Source of the DNA: an uncultured Bacteroidales bacterium
GTDB taxonomy: Bacteria; Bacteroidota; Bacteroidia; Bacteroidales; UBA4181
NCBI GenBank assembly: GCA_964451605.1
Contig: CAYVJA010000003.1
Coordinates: forward strand, 8,156-46,528
Direction: 5' to 3'
DNA: 38,373 bases
In this document: piece by piece, positions 26,135 through 34,177 of the stretch
Layout: each line of letters begins with the position of its first letter
How positions within the stretch are numbered: the first letter of the stretch is position 1
Made by a program: the position numbers and the translations under genes
The notes under the pieces: model-generated
Told to the model about the DNA's origin: nothing
The model's input: the letters and a program-made list of their open reading frames with translations, nothing else
The model's database searches: none

Positions 26135-28177
26135 ATGGAAATGCTGCCTATTATTGAGCAAGATCCTCTTCTGGAACCCTATGCCGATCAACTTCTTGCC
26201 CGTGTACAGGGGGCTGCGGCAAGAGAGCTCTCGTTGACCGGTGGTATCGCACTCCCGGATTTTGCCTGTGGTCATCACTTTTTCGGGGTTCATCGCACCT
26301 CCGGGGGATGGGTTTTCAGAGAGTGGGCTCCCAATGCTACACAAATTTTTCTTATAGGTGATTTTTCCTCCTGGAAGGCACTTCCCGAGTTTGCTTTTAC
26401 CCCTCTTTCCGGAGGGCGGTGGGAACTCCACATTTCACACCCTGCGATAGATCACAAAACGCTCTATAAACTGCTTATCCGTTGGGTGGGGGGAGAAGCC
26501 GAACGCATTCCTGCCTGGTGTAAGCGCGCGGTTCAGGATATGGATACTCTCCTCTTTTCGGCACAGATATGGGATCCGCCAAAACCCTACGTATGGCTTT
26601 ATGATTCGGTCAGCCCCGCGGGCAGTGCAGCGCCCCTGATCTACGAAGCCCATGTGGGTATGGCTACCGAGGCCCACCGTATTGGCACTTTCGACGAGTT
26701 TCGGACCCTCGTACTTCCCAGGATTGTGGCTTCCGGCTATAATACCATCCAGTTGATGGCTGTACAGGAGCATCCCTATTACGGTTCATTTGGTTATCAT
26801 GTTTCGAACTTCTTTGCAGTGAGTTCACGTTTTGGCACCCCGGATCAGTTGAAACAACTTATCGATGAGGCGCACAGTATGGGTATCCGGGTGATAATGG
26901 ATCTGGTTCACTCTCACTCCGTGAAAAACGAGCTGGAGGGGCTGAACCATTACGATGGCACCGAATTCCAATTCTTTCACAGTGGGCCGCGTCGCGATCA
27001 TCCTGCCTGGGACTCTCTCTGTTTCGACTACAGAAAACCCGAAGTGCTACACTTTCTCCTCTCAAACTGTCGATTCTGGTTAGAAGAGTACCATCTCGAC
27101 GGATTCCGGTTCGACGGGGTTACCAGTATGCTCTATACGCACCACGGGTTAGAACGCGATTTCACCAATTACGAACTCTATTTCGACGGCACCGACGATC
27201 CGGATGCCATCACCTATCTGATTTTGGCCAATAAACTGATTCACCGCTTCAAACCGGGTGCAATTACCGTGGCCGAAGAGATGAGCGGTATGCCCGGCAT
27301 TGCTTGTCCTTATCACAAAGGCGGATTCGGATTTGATTACCGTCTGGCCATGGGAACCCCAGATTACTGGATTAAACTGGTGAAAGATTTGCCGGATGAG
27401 GCCTGGAACATGGGGGAACTCTATTTCGAACTCTCACGAAAGCGCTCAGACGAACAGACGGTAGGCTATGCCGAGTCGCACGACCAGGCTCTGGTGGGTG
27501 ACAAAACCCTCTTCTTTCGCCTTGTCGACAAAGAGATCTATACCGGAATGTCGAGAACTCATCAGAGTGCAGTGATCGACCGTGGCATTGCCCTGCACAA
27601 GATGATTCGGTTGGTTACCATTGCAACTGCAGGTAACGGATATCTCAACTTCATGGGCAATGAGTTTGGCCATCCGGAATGGATCGATTTTCCCCGTCTT
27701 GGGAATAACTGGTCATACGCCTATGCTCGTCGGCAATGGAGTCTGATGGACAATACTACGCTTCGGTTTCGTGATCTGGCACTATTCGACGGCGATATGA
27801 TTCGTCTTCTCGGCAGCGAAGAGGCCCGCTTTTTTGACGGAGAACCCGAATTACTGCACGAAAATAATGATGGAAAAGTACTGGTCTTTGCCCGGAGCGG
27901 GTTGCTGTTTGTCTTCAACTTCCATCCCTTTGTCTCCTACTCCGACTATGGTCTGGATGTGAGTCCGGGGAAATACCGTATTGTGCTTTCGACCGATGCC
28001 CCGGAATATAGCGGGTTCGACAGAGTCGACACCGTGATGGCCTACTTTACCAGTAATATCCACCCCGAGAAGCCCATGGTAAATCACTTTCTCAAACTTT
28101 ACCTCCCGGCCCGCTGTGGGTTAGTGTTGCGCAAAGAGGCCACCCGGAGTACCCGCGACCTGCTTGCGCAAGGATAA
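26135..28177 (+). CDS. glgB: 1,4-alpha-glucan branching enzyme (GH13, eukaryote-like subtype)
   Basis: FREWAPNA, IYEAHVGM, QEHPYYGSFGYHV, DGFRFDGVTSMLY, AEEMSG, YAESHDQALVGDKT and FMGNEFGHPEWIDFPR. Confidence 0.95.
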   Translation: MEMLPIIEQDPLLEPYADQLLARVQGAAARELSLTGGIALPDFACGHHFFGVHRTSGGWVFREWAPNATQIFLIGDFSSWKALPEFAFTPLSGGRWELHISHPAIDHKTLYKLLIRWVGGEAERIPAWCKRAVQDMDTLLFSAQIWDPPKPYVWLYDSVSPAGSAAPLIYEAHVGMATEAHRIGTFDEFRTLVLPRIVASGYNTIQLMAVQEHPYYGSFGYHVSNFFAVSSRFGTPDQLKQLIDEAHSMGIRVIMDLVHSHSVKNELEGLNHYDGTEFQFFHSGPRRDHPAWDSLCFDYRKPEVLHFLLSNCRFWLEEYHLDGFRFDGVTSMLYTHHGLERDFTNYELYFDGTDDPDAITYLILANKLIHRFKPGAITVAEEMSGMPGIACPYHKGGFGFDYRLAMGTPDYWIKLVKDLPDEAWNMGELYFELSRKRSDEQTVGYAESHDQALVGDKTLFFRLVDKEIYTGMSRTHQSAVIDRGIALHKMIRLVTIATAGNGYLNFMGNEFGHPEWIDFPRLGNNWSYAYARRQWSLMDNTTLRFRDLALFDGDMIRLLGSEEARFFDGEPELLHENNDGKVLVFARSGLLFVFNFHPFVSYSDYGLDVSPGKYRIVLSTDAPEYSGFDRVDTVMAYFTSNIHPEKPMVNHFLKLYLPARCGLVLRKEATRSTRDLLAQG

Positions 28178-28228
28178 CTCCGGTCGCCTGAACCGAACCT
28201 CTTCCGCCTGAGAAGCGCGTTGAACGGA

Positions 28229-28360
28229 TTACCTGCGCGCAGGGGCGCATTTGCATGGGGGCAGATTATACTTCTTGTAGAGAGCCCGCTGCGAAGAGCA
28301 ACTTGCCAGCAACATAAGGAGCACCGGAAGAATCAGAAGTATATGACGGAATCTCTTCAC
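28229..28360 (-). CDS. Small 43-aa lipoprotein with a C-terminal CxC motif (absent from the ORF track)
   Basis: GTG start 8 nt after the prc stop. Reads MKRFRHILLILPVLLMLLAS-CSSQRALYKKYNLPPCKCAPARR*: basic n-region, hydrophobic h-region, lipobox LASC. Confidence 0.75.
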   Translation of the reverse strand: MKRFRHILLILPVLLMLLASCSSQRALYKKYNLPPCKCAPARR

Positions 28361-28368
28361 GCTATTCC

Positions 28369-30504
28369 CTATTGAGGTTTCATGTCGAGTGCAATGCGCA
28401 CTGCCTCTTCCAGATAGATATCCTTCTTAATGGAGTTTATCCATCGCTTGTTCCGCTGTTGTTGTACTGTGTCGGACGGAGCAGCCTGATCTTTGGTAAG
28501 CTCCCTGATATCGAGTGAGTTCTGACGTGTATTCAACTTGTCGAACCGTTCCGAGATCTTCTTCCGCTCCTCTTCCCTCTCCACAAAGGTCTTATAGTTG
28601 AGTGAAACCCTGGTTTGATCTCTCTGGGCCTTTACCTCCTGCAACTCTTGTGAAAGCAGGGTGAAATCGGCCGATGAGGCCACCCGTTCACGTGCCCGGT
28701 TTATGGCCTTCTGCACCAGATCCTGTTGGGGCCAGATTTTGTAGTTGGCAGGCTTAATCTCCGTCCATGCCAGCGGATACTCTTCGCTCTTCTCGCCAAT
28801 ATCCATTACACTATAGAGATCGGGCAAAACTACGTCCGACTTTACTCCCATCAACTGTGTAGAACCTCCGTTAATCCGGAAAAACTTCTGAATGGTGAGA
28901 AAGAGCGACCCCAGATTGGGTTTTGAACCATCTGTGTTGGCCAGCCGGACCATTTCATCGAGATCCATAATGGTCTGCACCGTTCCTTTACCAAAACTGG
29001 AGGGGCTTCCTACAATCACCGCCCGTTTGTAGTCTTGCAGCGCAGCAGCCACAATCTCCGACGCTGAAGCACTTAACGGATTAATCATCACCACCATACT
29101 CCCATCGTAGCGAACCGCCGGATCAGTGTCGGAGAGCACGCGTGAGCGTCCGTCGCGTGTGTGAACCTGTACAATAGGGCCACTCTCAATAAAGAGTCCT
29201 GCCATCTGCACCGCATCGGGAAGTGATCCTCCGCCATTATTTCGCAGATCGAGAATCAGACCGCTGATATTCTCAGAGCGCAACTTTTCAATTTCGGCAG
29301 CCACGTCCGCAGCACTGAAGCGGCCCGAGCCGGAGTTGTTCATGTCGGCATAAAACTTGGGCAAATTGATATAACCCACTCGTGCCTTACTGAGAGAATC
29401 AACCAGAATGGCCGATTTGGCGTAGGTCTCTTCAATCACCACTACCCCGCGGGTAATGGTGATTTCCTCGACAGAACCATCGATATGCCTTACAGAAAGG
29501 GTTACCTTAGAATTCTTTTTCCCGCGGATCAACTTCACGGCATCGTCGATACGCATACCATAAAGATCTTTGCCTTCGACCTCGCCCTCCTGAGTCACCT
29601 TCATGATGAGATCGTTCACCTTCAAATCGCCCTGCAGCCACGAAGGACTTCCCGGAACAATATCCACTACCTTCACATAATTCTCGCTGGCCTGTAATGT
29701 AGCACCGATTCCCTCGAACTGTCCCGACATGGTGATATCGAAATCTTCTTTCTCCTTTACCGGGAGATATTGTGTGTGAGGATCGTACACCGCAGTAATA
29801 GAATTCAGGTAGAGCGCAAACATATCGTTGTCGTTCTGCTGGTTGAGGCGGGTAAAGTAATCGGTATAGAGCTTGGCTACATCCTTTCTGGCTTCCACCT
29901 CCAACTGTTCAACCGACTTCAGCGTTACCGTATCCGACCGTTCTTTGGCGGCATTCTGCGCAGTTTCGGTTTCGTAAATTTTTGTAATGATCTGATAGCG
30001 CAGAGCCTGCTCCCAACCTTGCTTCAGTATCGCATCGTTTTGGGCAAATTGAGCCTTTTTTGCATCGGTCTCGAAAGTATCGGTTTTGGTGAGATCCACC
30101 GGTTTCGACAGAATCTCCGAGCAAAGCGCCTCAGCCTCCTTTAGCCGCTGGCGGTACATTTTCACTGCAGTATTGAAAAAATTAAACTGTCCGTTAAGCA
30201 GCTCATCGTCTATATGTTGTTTGAATGCACCCAGTTTATCCATATCCTGGGCAGAAAAGAAACGTTTCCCGTAATCGAGATTAGAGATAAATGAGGTAAA
30301 GACATTTTCGGAGAACCCGTTATTAATCTCTTGAGGCATATAGTGGCCGTAGTCGAGAGCCTTTAGCACCAACTGAATCAGAATCTCATCCTTTCCCTCG
30401 CGGTTACAGTGGGTATACGAAACCAGCACCGTACCCAGAAAGAGGGCCACTACAGGGAGAAGAACGCGATTCCGGATTTGCCGGATGGAGAGTTTTTTCA
30501 TCAT
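28369..30504 (-). CDS. prc: Carboxy-terminal processing (tail-specific) protease, S41 family
   Basis: N-terminal signal, DPHT, GIGA, PDZ domain, LDLRNNGGGSL, SASASEI (catalytic Ser) and FGKGTVQ (catalytic Lys). Confidence 0.95.
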   Translation of the reverse strand: MMKKLSIRQIRNRVLLPVVALFLGTVLVSYTHCNREGKDEILIQLVLKALDYGHYMPQEINNGFSENVFTSFISNLDYGKRFFSAQDMDKLGAFKQHIDDELLNGQFNFFNTAVKMYRQRLKEAEALCSEILSKPVDLTKTDTFETDAKKAQFAQNDAILKQGWEQALRYQIITKIYETETAQNAAKERSDTVTLKSVEQLEVEARKDVAKLYTDYFTRLNQQNDNDMFALYLNSITAVYDPHTQYLPVKEKEDFDITMSGQFEGIGATLQASENYVKVVDIVPGSPSWLQGDLKVNDLIMKVTQEGEVEGKDLYGMRIDDAVKLIRGKKNSKVTLSVRHIDGSVEEITITRGVVVIEETYAKSAILVDSLSKARVGYINLPKFYADMNNSGSGRFSAADVAAEIEKLRSENISGLILDLRNNGGGSLPDAVQMAGLFIESGPIVQVHTRDGRSRVLSDTDPAVRYDGSMVVMINPLSASASEIVAAALQDYKRAVIVGSPSSFGKGTVQTIMDLDEMVRLANTDGSKPNLGSLFLTIQKFFRINGGSTQLMGVKSDVVLPDLYSVMDIGEKSEEYPLAWTEIKPANYKIWPQQDLVQKAINRARERVASSADFTLLSQELQEVKAQRDQTRVSLNYKTFVEREEERKKISERFDKLNTRQNSLDIRELTKDQAAPSDTVQQQRNKRWINSIKKDIYLEEAVRIALDMKPQ

Positions 30505-30508
30505 GATA

Positions 30509-31264
30509 CTACATTTTAAGAGTCGACCAGATTTCCCAGGCCCGGTCTGCCTGCAGATGTAACATATTCAGTCCGTTTTCTGTAGTGGCACCCTGTTGGG
30601 CGGCCTTTCGGAGAAAAAGGGTCAGATTGGGATTGTATATCAAATCGAATACCAAATGTCGGGCCGAGATTGCCTCGTAGGGGATTTGGGGTGCCAGATC
30701 GGTATTGGGCGACATACCCACGGGCGAGGTATTAATAATCAATGGAAAGTGAACAATGTCGGCGGGGGTGAGAGAGCCGTAGGTGGCGTATACGCCCGGG
30801 CCCTCGTTTCGCGAAACTGAGGCTGCCTCTATTCCTTTCTGATCCAACACATACTTCACCGCTTTAGCAGCACCGCCCGTACCCAGCACCAGTGCCCGTG
30901 TGTGGTGCGGCTGAAGAAGCGGGGTGAGTGCAGCCGAGAAGCCATACGTGTCGGTGTTGTATCCGGTAAGGGTGATATGGGATCTGTTCCGTTCTATGGC
31001 AATGGTATTCACTGCCCCCACGGCTTTGGCCTCGTCCGAAAGATGGTCGAGAAAAGGGATGATTGCCTCTTTATAGGGGATGGTAACATTCAGACCGCAC
31101 AGCGACTCTTTCGATTCTACAAAGGCCCTGAAACCGGAAAGATCGGACATCGGGAAGAGCTGATACGATGCATCAGTAATCCGCTCACGTTCGAACCGAC
31201 TACCGAAATAGTCGGCAGAGAACGAATGCGAGAGCGATTTCCCGATTAATCCGAAACACCTCAT
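30509..31264 (-). CDS. aroE: Shikimate dehydrogenase
   Basis: HSFS, GLNVTIPYK, GAVNT, GYNTD, GTGGAA, DLIYNP and NGLNML..QA. Confidence 0.95.
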   Translation of the reverse strand: MRCFGLIGKSLSHSFSADYFGSRFERERITDASYQLFPMSDLSGFRAFVESKESLCGLNVTIPYKEAIIPFLDHLSDEAKAVGAVNTIAIERNRSHITLTGYNTDTYGFSAALTPLLQPHHTRALVLGTGGAAKAVKYVLDQKGIEAASVSRNEGPGVYATYGSLTPADIVHFPLIINTSPVGMSPNTDLAPQIPYEAISARHLVFDLIYNPNLTLFLRKAAQQGATTENGLNMLHLQADRAWEIWSTLKM

Positions 31265-31269
31265 ACAGA

Positions 31270-31887
31270 TTATTTTGCGGAATGTCTGAATGTTTTTGCC
31301 ACCTGCCAGACAACAAAAAGTATGCCTAATGCCAGTAGTCCATAGCTCAACTCCTTATAATAGAGCTCGAAAAGCTCCTGCTTCGATTGCAGATAATAGC
31401 CCAGCAGAGCCAGAAGAATATTCCAGACGCCGGCTCCCAGCACCGTATAAACAAGAAAGGGGGTCATAGGCATCTTTGCCAGGCCGGCAGGGATGGAGAT
31501 GAGTTGTCGGATACCCGGGATTAACCTTCCGATAAAGGTTGAGATATTGCCGTTTTTCACAAAATAGGCCTCTGCTTTCTCTACCTTTTCGGGATTAATC
31601 ATGCAAAGATGGGCAAAACGGGTATCGGCAAATTTGTAAACCAGCATCCTGCCCAGACTTTTGGCAAGGTAATAGTTGACCAGCGCCCCAATAAGCGCAC
31701 CCACGGTACCAAAGAAAATCACCAGGAAGAGGTTCAGCTCTCCTTGCGCCGCCTTCCAGGCAGCGGGAGGAATAACCACTTCCGACGGAAAGGGGATAAA
31801 CGAACTCTCAATAGTCATTAAAATGGTAATGGTATAGTAGTTCATATGCTCCATATACCATGCAATCAGCGAATCGTATATCTCCAT
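31270..31887 (-). CDS. DedA family membrane protein
   Basis: ESSFIPFPSE and GRLIPGIRQLISIPAG. Confidence 0.93.
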   Translation of the reverse strand: MEIYDSLIAWYMEHMNYYTITILMTIESSFIPFPSEVVIPPAAWKAAQGELNLFLVIFFGTVGALIGALVNYYLAKSLGRMLVYKFADTRFAHLCMINPEKVEKAEAYFVKNGNISTFIGRLIPGIRQLISIPAGLAKMPMTPFLVYTVLGAGVWNILLALLGYYLQSKQELFELYYKELSYGLLALGILFVVWQVAKTFRHSAK

Positions 31888-31896
31888 AGGGGGCGT

Positions 31897-32682
31897 TTAT
31901 TTCTGTTTCAGACTTTGCATTTCGGCAGGCAGCCAGGAAAAGAAGGTGTCTCCACGCAGGCCCAGCCTGAGAGCTTCGAGGGCTACCACCTCCTGTGTTG
32001 CAATATTGCCCAGATTTACATTGGCTCCCAGCAGATGAATGAAATAGACCTGTTGCGGCTTATTGGGAGCCTCCCACAATACTTTGTTGGCACCCACTTT
32101 CTGAATAATCTGCGTAATCAGCTCCTTATTGGCCGATGCATCGGAGTGGTAGATGCCTGAAGTGCCGCTTTCACGTGCTTCGGCAATTACTTTCCAGGCG
32201 CCTGCACTCAGTTCGGTCTGCATCTGTTTAACCCACTCTTCATTGGGAATCTCCACCCCGGCCACCTTCGAACCTACTTCCGAGAGAACCGTAACCTGAC
32301 CCGAGAGAATCCGGATATACTCCATCTTTTGGTCGTGTTCAATCTTCATAGAGCCATCAGAAACTTCAGCCGTATCGAGGCCGAAATCATCGAGCACCTT
32401 GCGATAGGCATCGAACATCCCTCTGATTACAAATGCCTCGAACAGGGTTCCGCCAAAATAGGGTTTTAGTCCTGCCGATTTGTAGAGGGCAATCTTCTCT
32501 CTGAGATATGGGGCAAAAACGGCAGTGCCGAATCCAAATTTCACCAGGTCCGTGAACGAACCAGCCGACGAAACAAAGTTTTCGGCTTCGGCCAGGCTCA
32601 GCCCTTTGTCCATCATCATTGTGAGCCCCTCCTCGCGGGGTTTCGCGGGCCTTTCGGGAAGATACGGGAAAGCAATGTTCAT
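31897..32682 (-). CDS. comA: (2R)-phospho-3-sulfolactate synthase family protein
   Basis: KPR..GLTMMMDKG, KFGFGT, GGTLFE, EVSDG, SEVGSK, EARESG, WEAP, NLGNI and LE.LRLGLRGDT. Start placed at ATG 32682. Confidence 0.92.
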   Translation of the reverse strand: MNIAFPYLPERPAKPREEGLTMMMDKGLSLAEAENFVSSAGSFTDLVKFGFGTAVFAPYLREKIALYKSAGLKPYFGGTLFEAFVIRGMFDAYRKVLDDFGLDTAEVSDGSMKIEHDQKMEYIRILSGQVTVLSEVGSKVAGVEIPNEEWVKQMQTELSAGAWKVIAEARESGTSGIYHSDASANKELITQIIQKVGANKVLWEAPNKPQQVYFIHLLGANVNLGNIATQEVVALEALRLGLRGDTFFSWLPAEMQSLKQK

Positions 32683-32695
32683 AATAGCGTGCACA

Positions 32696-34129
32696 TTAAG
32701 GTTGCGTAGAAGTAGAAGAAGTAAAAGGACGGATAAAAGCAATCAAATCGGGGTCGTTAACCGCAATGGGATAGAGCCTGAAAAAATCGTCGATGGCATC
32801 GGGGGCATCCGACAGGGCCTGGGCCAGCCATTTATATCCATCCGACATGGAGCCGAAAGTGAAATGGTAGGCAGCTTCGCGAAAATTTCGTGCAGGTTCT
32901 TCAGGATTCATCCCGGTCAGTTTGTCGAGCAGTTCGCGGGCACTCTTCGCACGCTTCAACTGCAACATAGCGGCATAGAGCCCCGAAAGCGCCTCCGGTT
33001 CGTCAGGGTCGTCCTCAAGGCATTTGCGAAAAGCCGCAGCCGCTTTCTCAGGCCGCATATAGGCATTGTAGACCGTACCCAGTGTAAAATAGTATTCGGG
33101 ATTATCAGGGTCGAGCCGGATGGCATGTTGCAGATGCGCGATACTCGATTTATAGTTATTTTCATCGAAATAGAGCATGCCCATTCCTGCCCAGGCATCG
33201 GCCAGCTCGGGATTGAGCGCCAAAGCCTGGCGGTAATATTCGGTGGCCATCTCCCGATCGTTCAGTTTTTCATAGCACTCCGCCAGATAACAGTGTGCCT
33301 GAGCGTTATCGGGCTCGAGCGCCAGAAACTCTTTGTAGGTTACAATGGCTTCGGGATAGTGGTCAAGATGAGCCTGCAGATTGGCCTTGTTAAAGTAGGC
33401 CGAAGCATACTGGCTATTCAGAGCAATGGCGAAATCGTAGGCTTGAAGCGATTTCTCGAACTGTTCACTGACGCCATACGAGAAGCCCAGATTGTACCAG
33501 ACGTTTTCCGAGAAGGGATCTTCGTTCAGATATTTGTTGTAATACTCGATACTCTTGTCCGGTTTCCCGATCTTGTCGTAACAGAAGGCCAGATCGTAAA
33601 AGACCGCGTAGTTTTGGGGGTTCAACAGCAGTACATCCTGCAGATAGCGCAGTGCCAGATGATACTGTTCCGCTTTTTCGAGCGATACCCCTATATGAAA
33701 GGCGAGCGCATCCTTGTCGTCATGATCTGCCCGGGCATAGGCCTTTTCGTAAACACGGCGAGCCTCTTTGGTCTTTCCGGTCATGATGAGCGCATCGCCC
33801 TTCAACACCAGAATATCAGCATTATCGGGTTCCATCTTACCGATACGTTCCAGAATACCCAATGCCTCGACCGGCTGCCCTTTGTCGATAAGAATTTCGC
33901 TGATTCTCTGTTGAATAGACGTTGATGAGGGATACATACCCACAGCATACTTAGCCGCTTTGGCCGCGAATCCGAAGTTTTCTGTATCGAGATAGTAGTC
34001 GATAATGGCTTCGAACTCATGGACATCAAAGAAACAGCGGGTATGGTTTTTTACCATATCCTCGAAGCGTTCTACAGGTCCGAAAACTTCGTCCGGATCG
34101 TCTCCCAGCCAATCATGATTTCTACCCAT
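32696..34129 (-). CDS. Multi-TPR protein (conserved in Bacteroidota, no signal peptide)
   Basis: Many 34-aa TPR-like repeats (e.g. VWYNLGFSY, AYFNKAN, AWAGMG..Y) and an N-terminal FFD..EFE.IIDYY segment. Confidence 0.88.
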   Translation of the reverse strand: MGRNHDWLGDDPDEVFGPVERFEDMVKNHTRCFFDVHEFEAIIDYYLDTENFGFAAKAAKYAVGMYPSSTSIQQRISEILIDKGQPVEALGILERIGKMEPDNADILVLKGDALIMTGKTKEARRVYEKAYARADHDDKDALAFHIGVSLEKAEQYHLALRYLQDVLLLNPQNYAVFYDLAFCYDKIGKPDKSIEYYNKYLNEDPFSENVWYNLGFSYGVSEQFEKSLQAYDFAIALNSQYASAYFNKANLQAHLDHYPEAIVTYKEFLALEPDNAQAHCYLAECYEKLNDREMATEYYRQALALNPELADAWAGMGMLYFDENNYKSSIAHLQHAIRLDPDNPEYYFTLGTVYNAYMRPEKAAAAFRKCLEDDPDEPEALSGLYAAMLQLKRAKSARELLDKLTGMNPEEPARNFREAAYHFTFGSMSDGYKWLAQALSDAPDAIDDFFRLYPIAVNDPDLIAFIRPFTSSTSTQP

Positions 34130-34150
34130 GGCACATTACAAAAATCTTGA

Positions 34151-34158
34151 CAAAGGTA
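34151..34158 (-). promoter_or_regulatory. -7 promoter element (TACCTTTG) heading the TPR-comA-dedA-aroE-prc run
   Basis: Exact TAnnTTTG 21 nt upstream of the TPR ATG. Confidence 0.6.
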
Positions 34159-34177
34159 GAAAAATTGGTCGGTATTT

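Noticed and set aside
28267-28343. TATACTTCT...AGAAGTATA inverted repeat suggesting an ncRNA
   Set aside because: It is only 9 bp with no convincing internal pairing, and the lipoprotein ORF explains the region better
32525-33925. 466-aa plus-strand ORF, and other long antisense ORFs such as 161-991, 14273-15151 and 21097-21846
   Set aside because: They are shadow frames opposite well-supported genes, with no recognisable motifs; codon bias explains them
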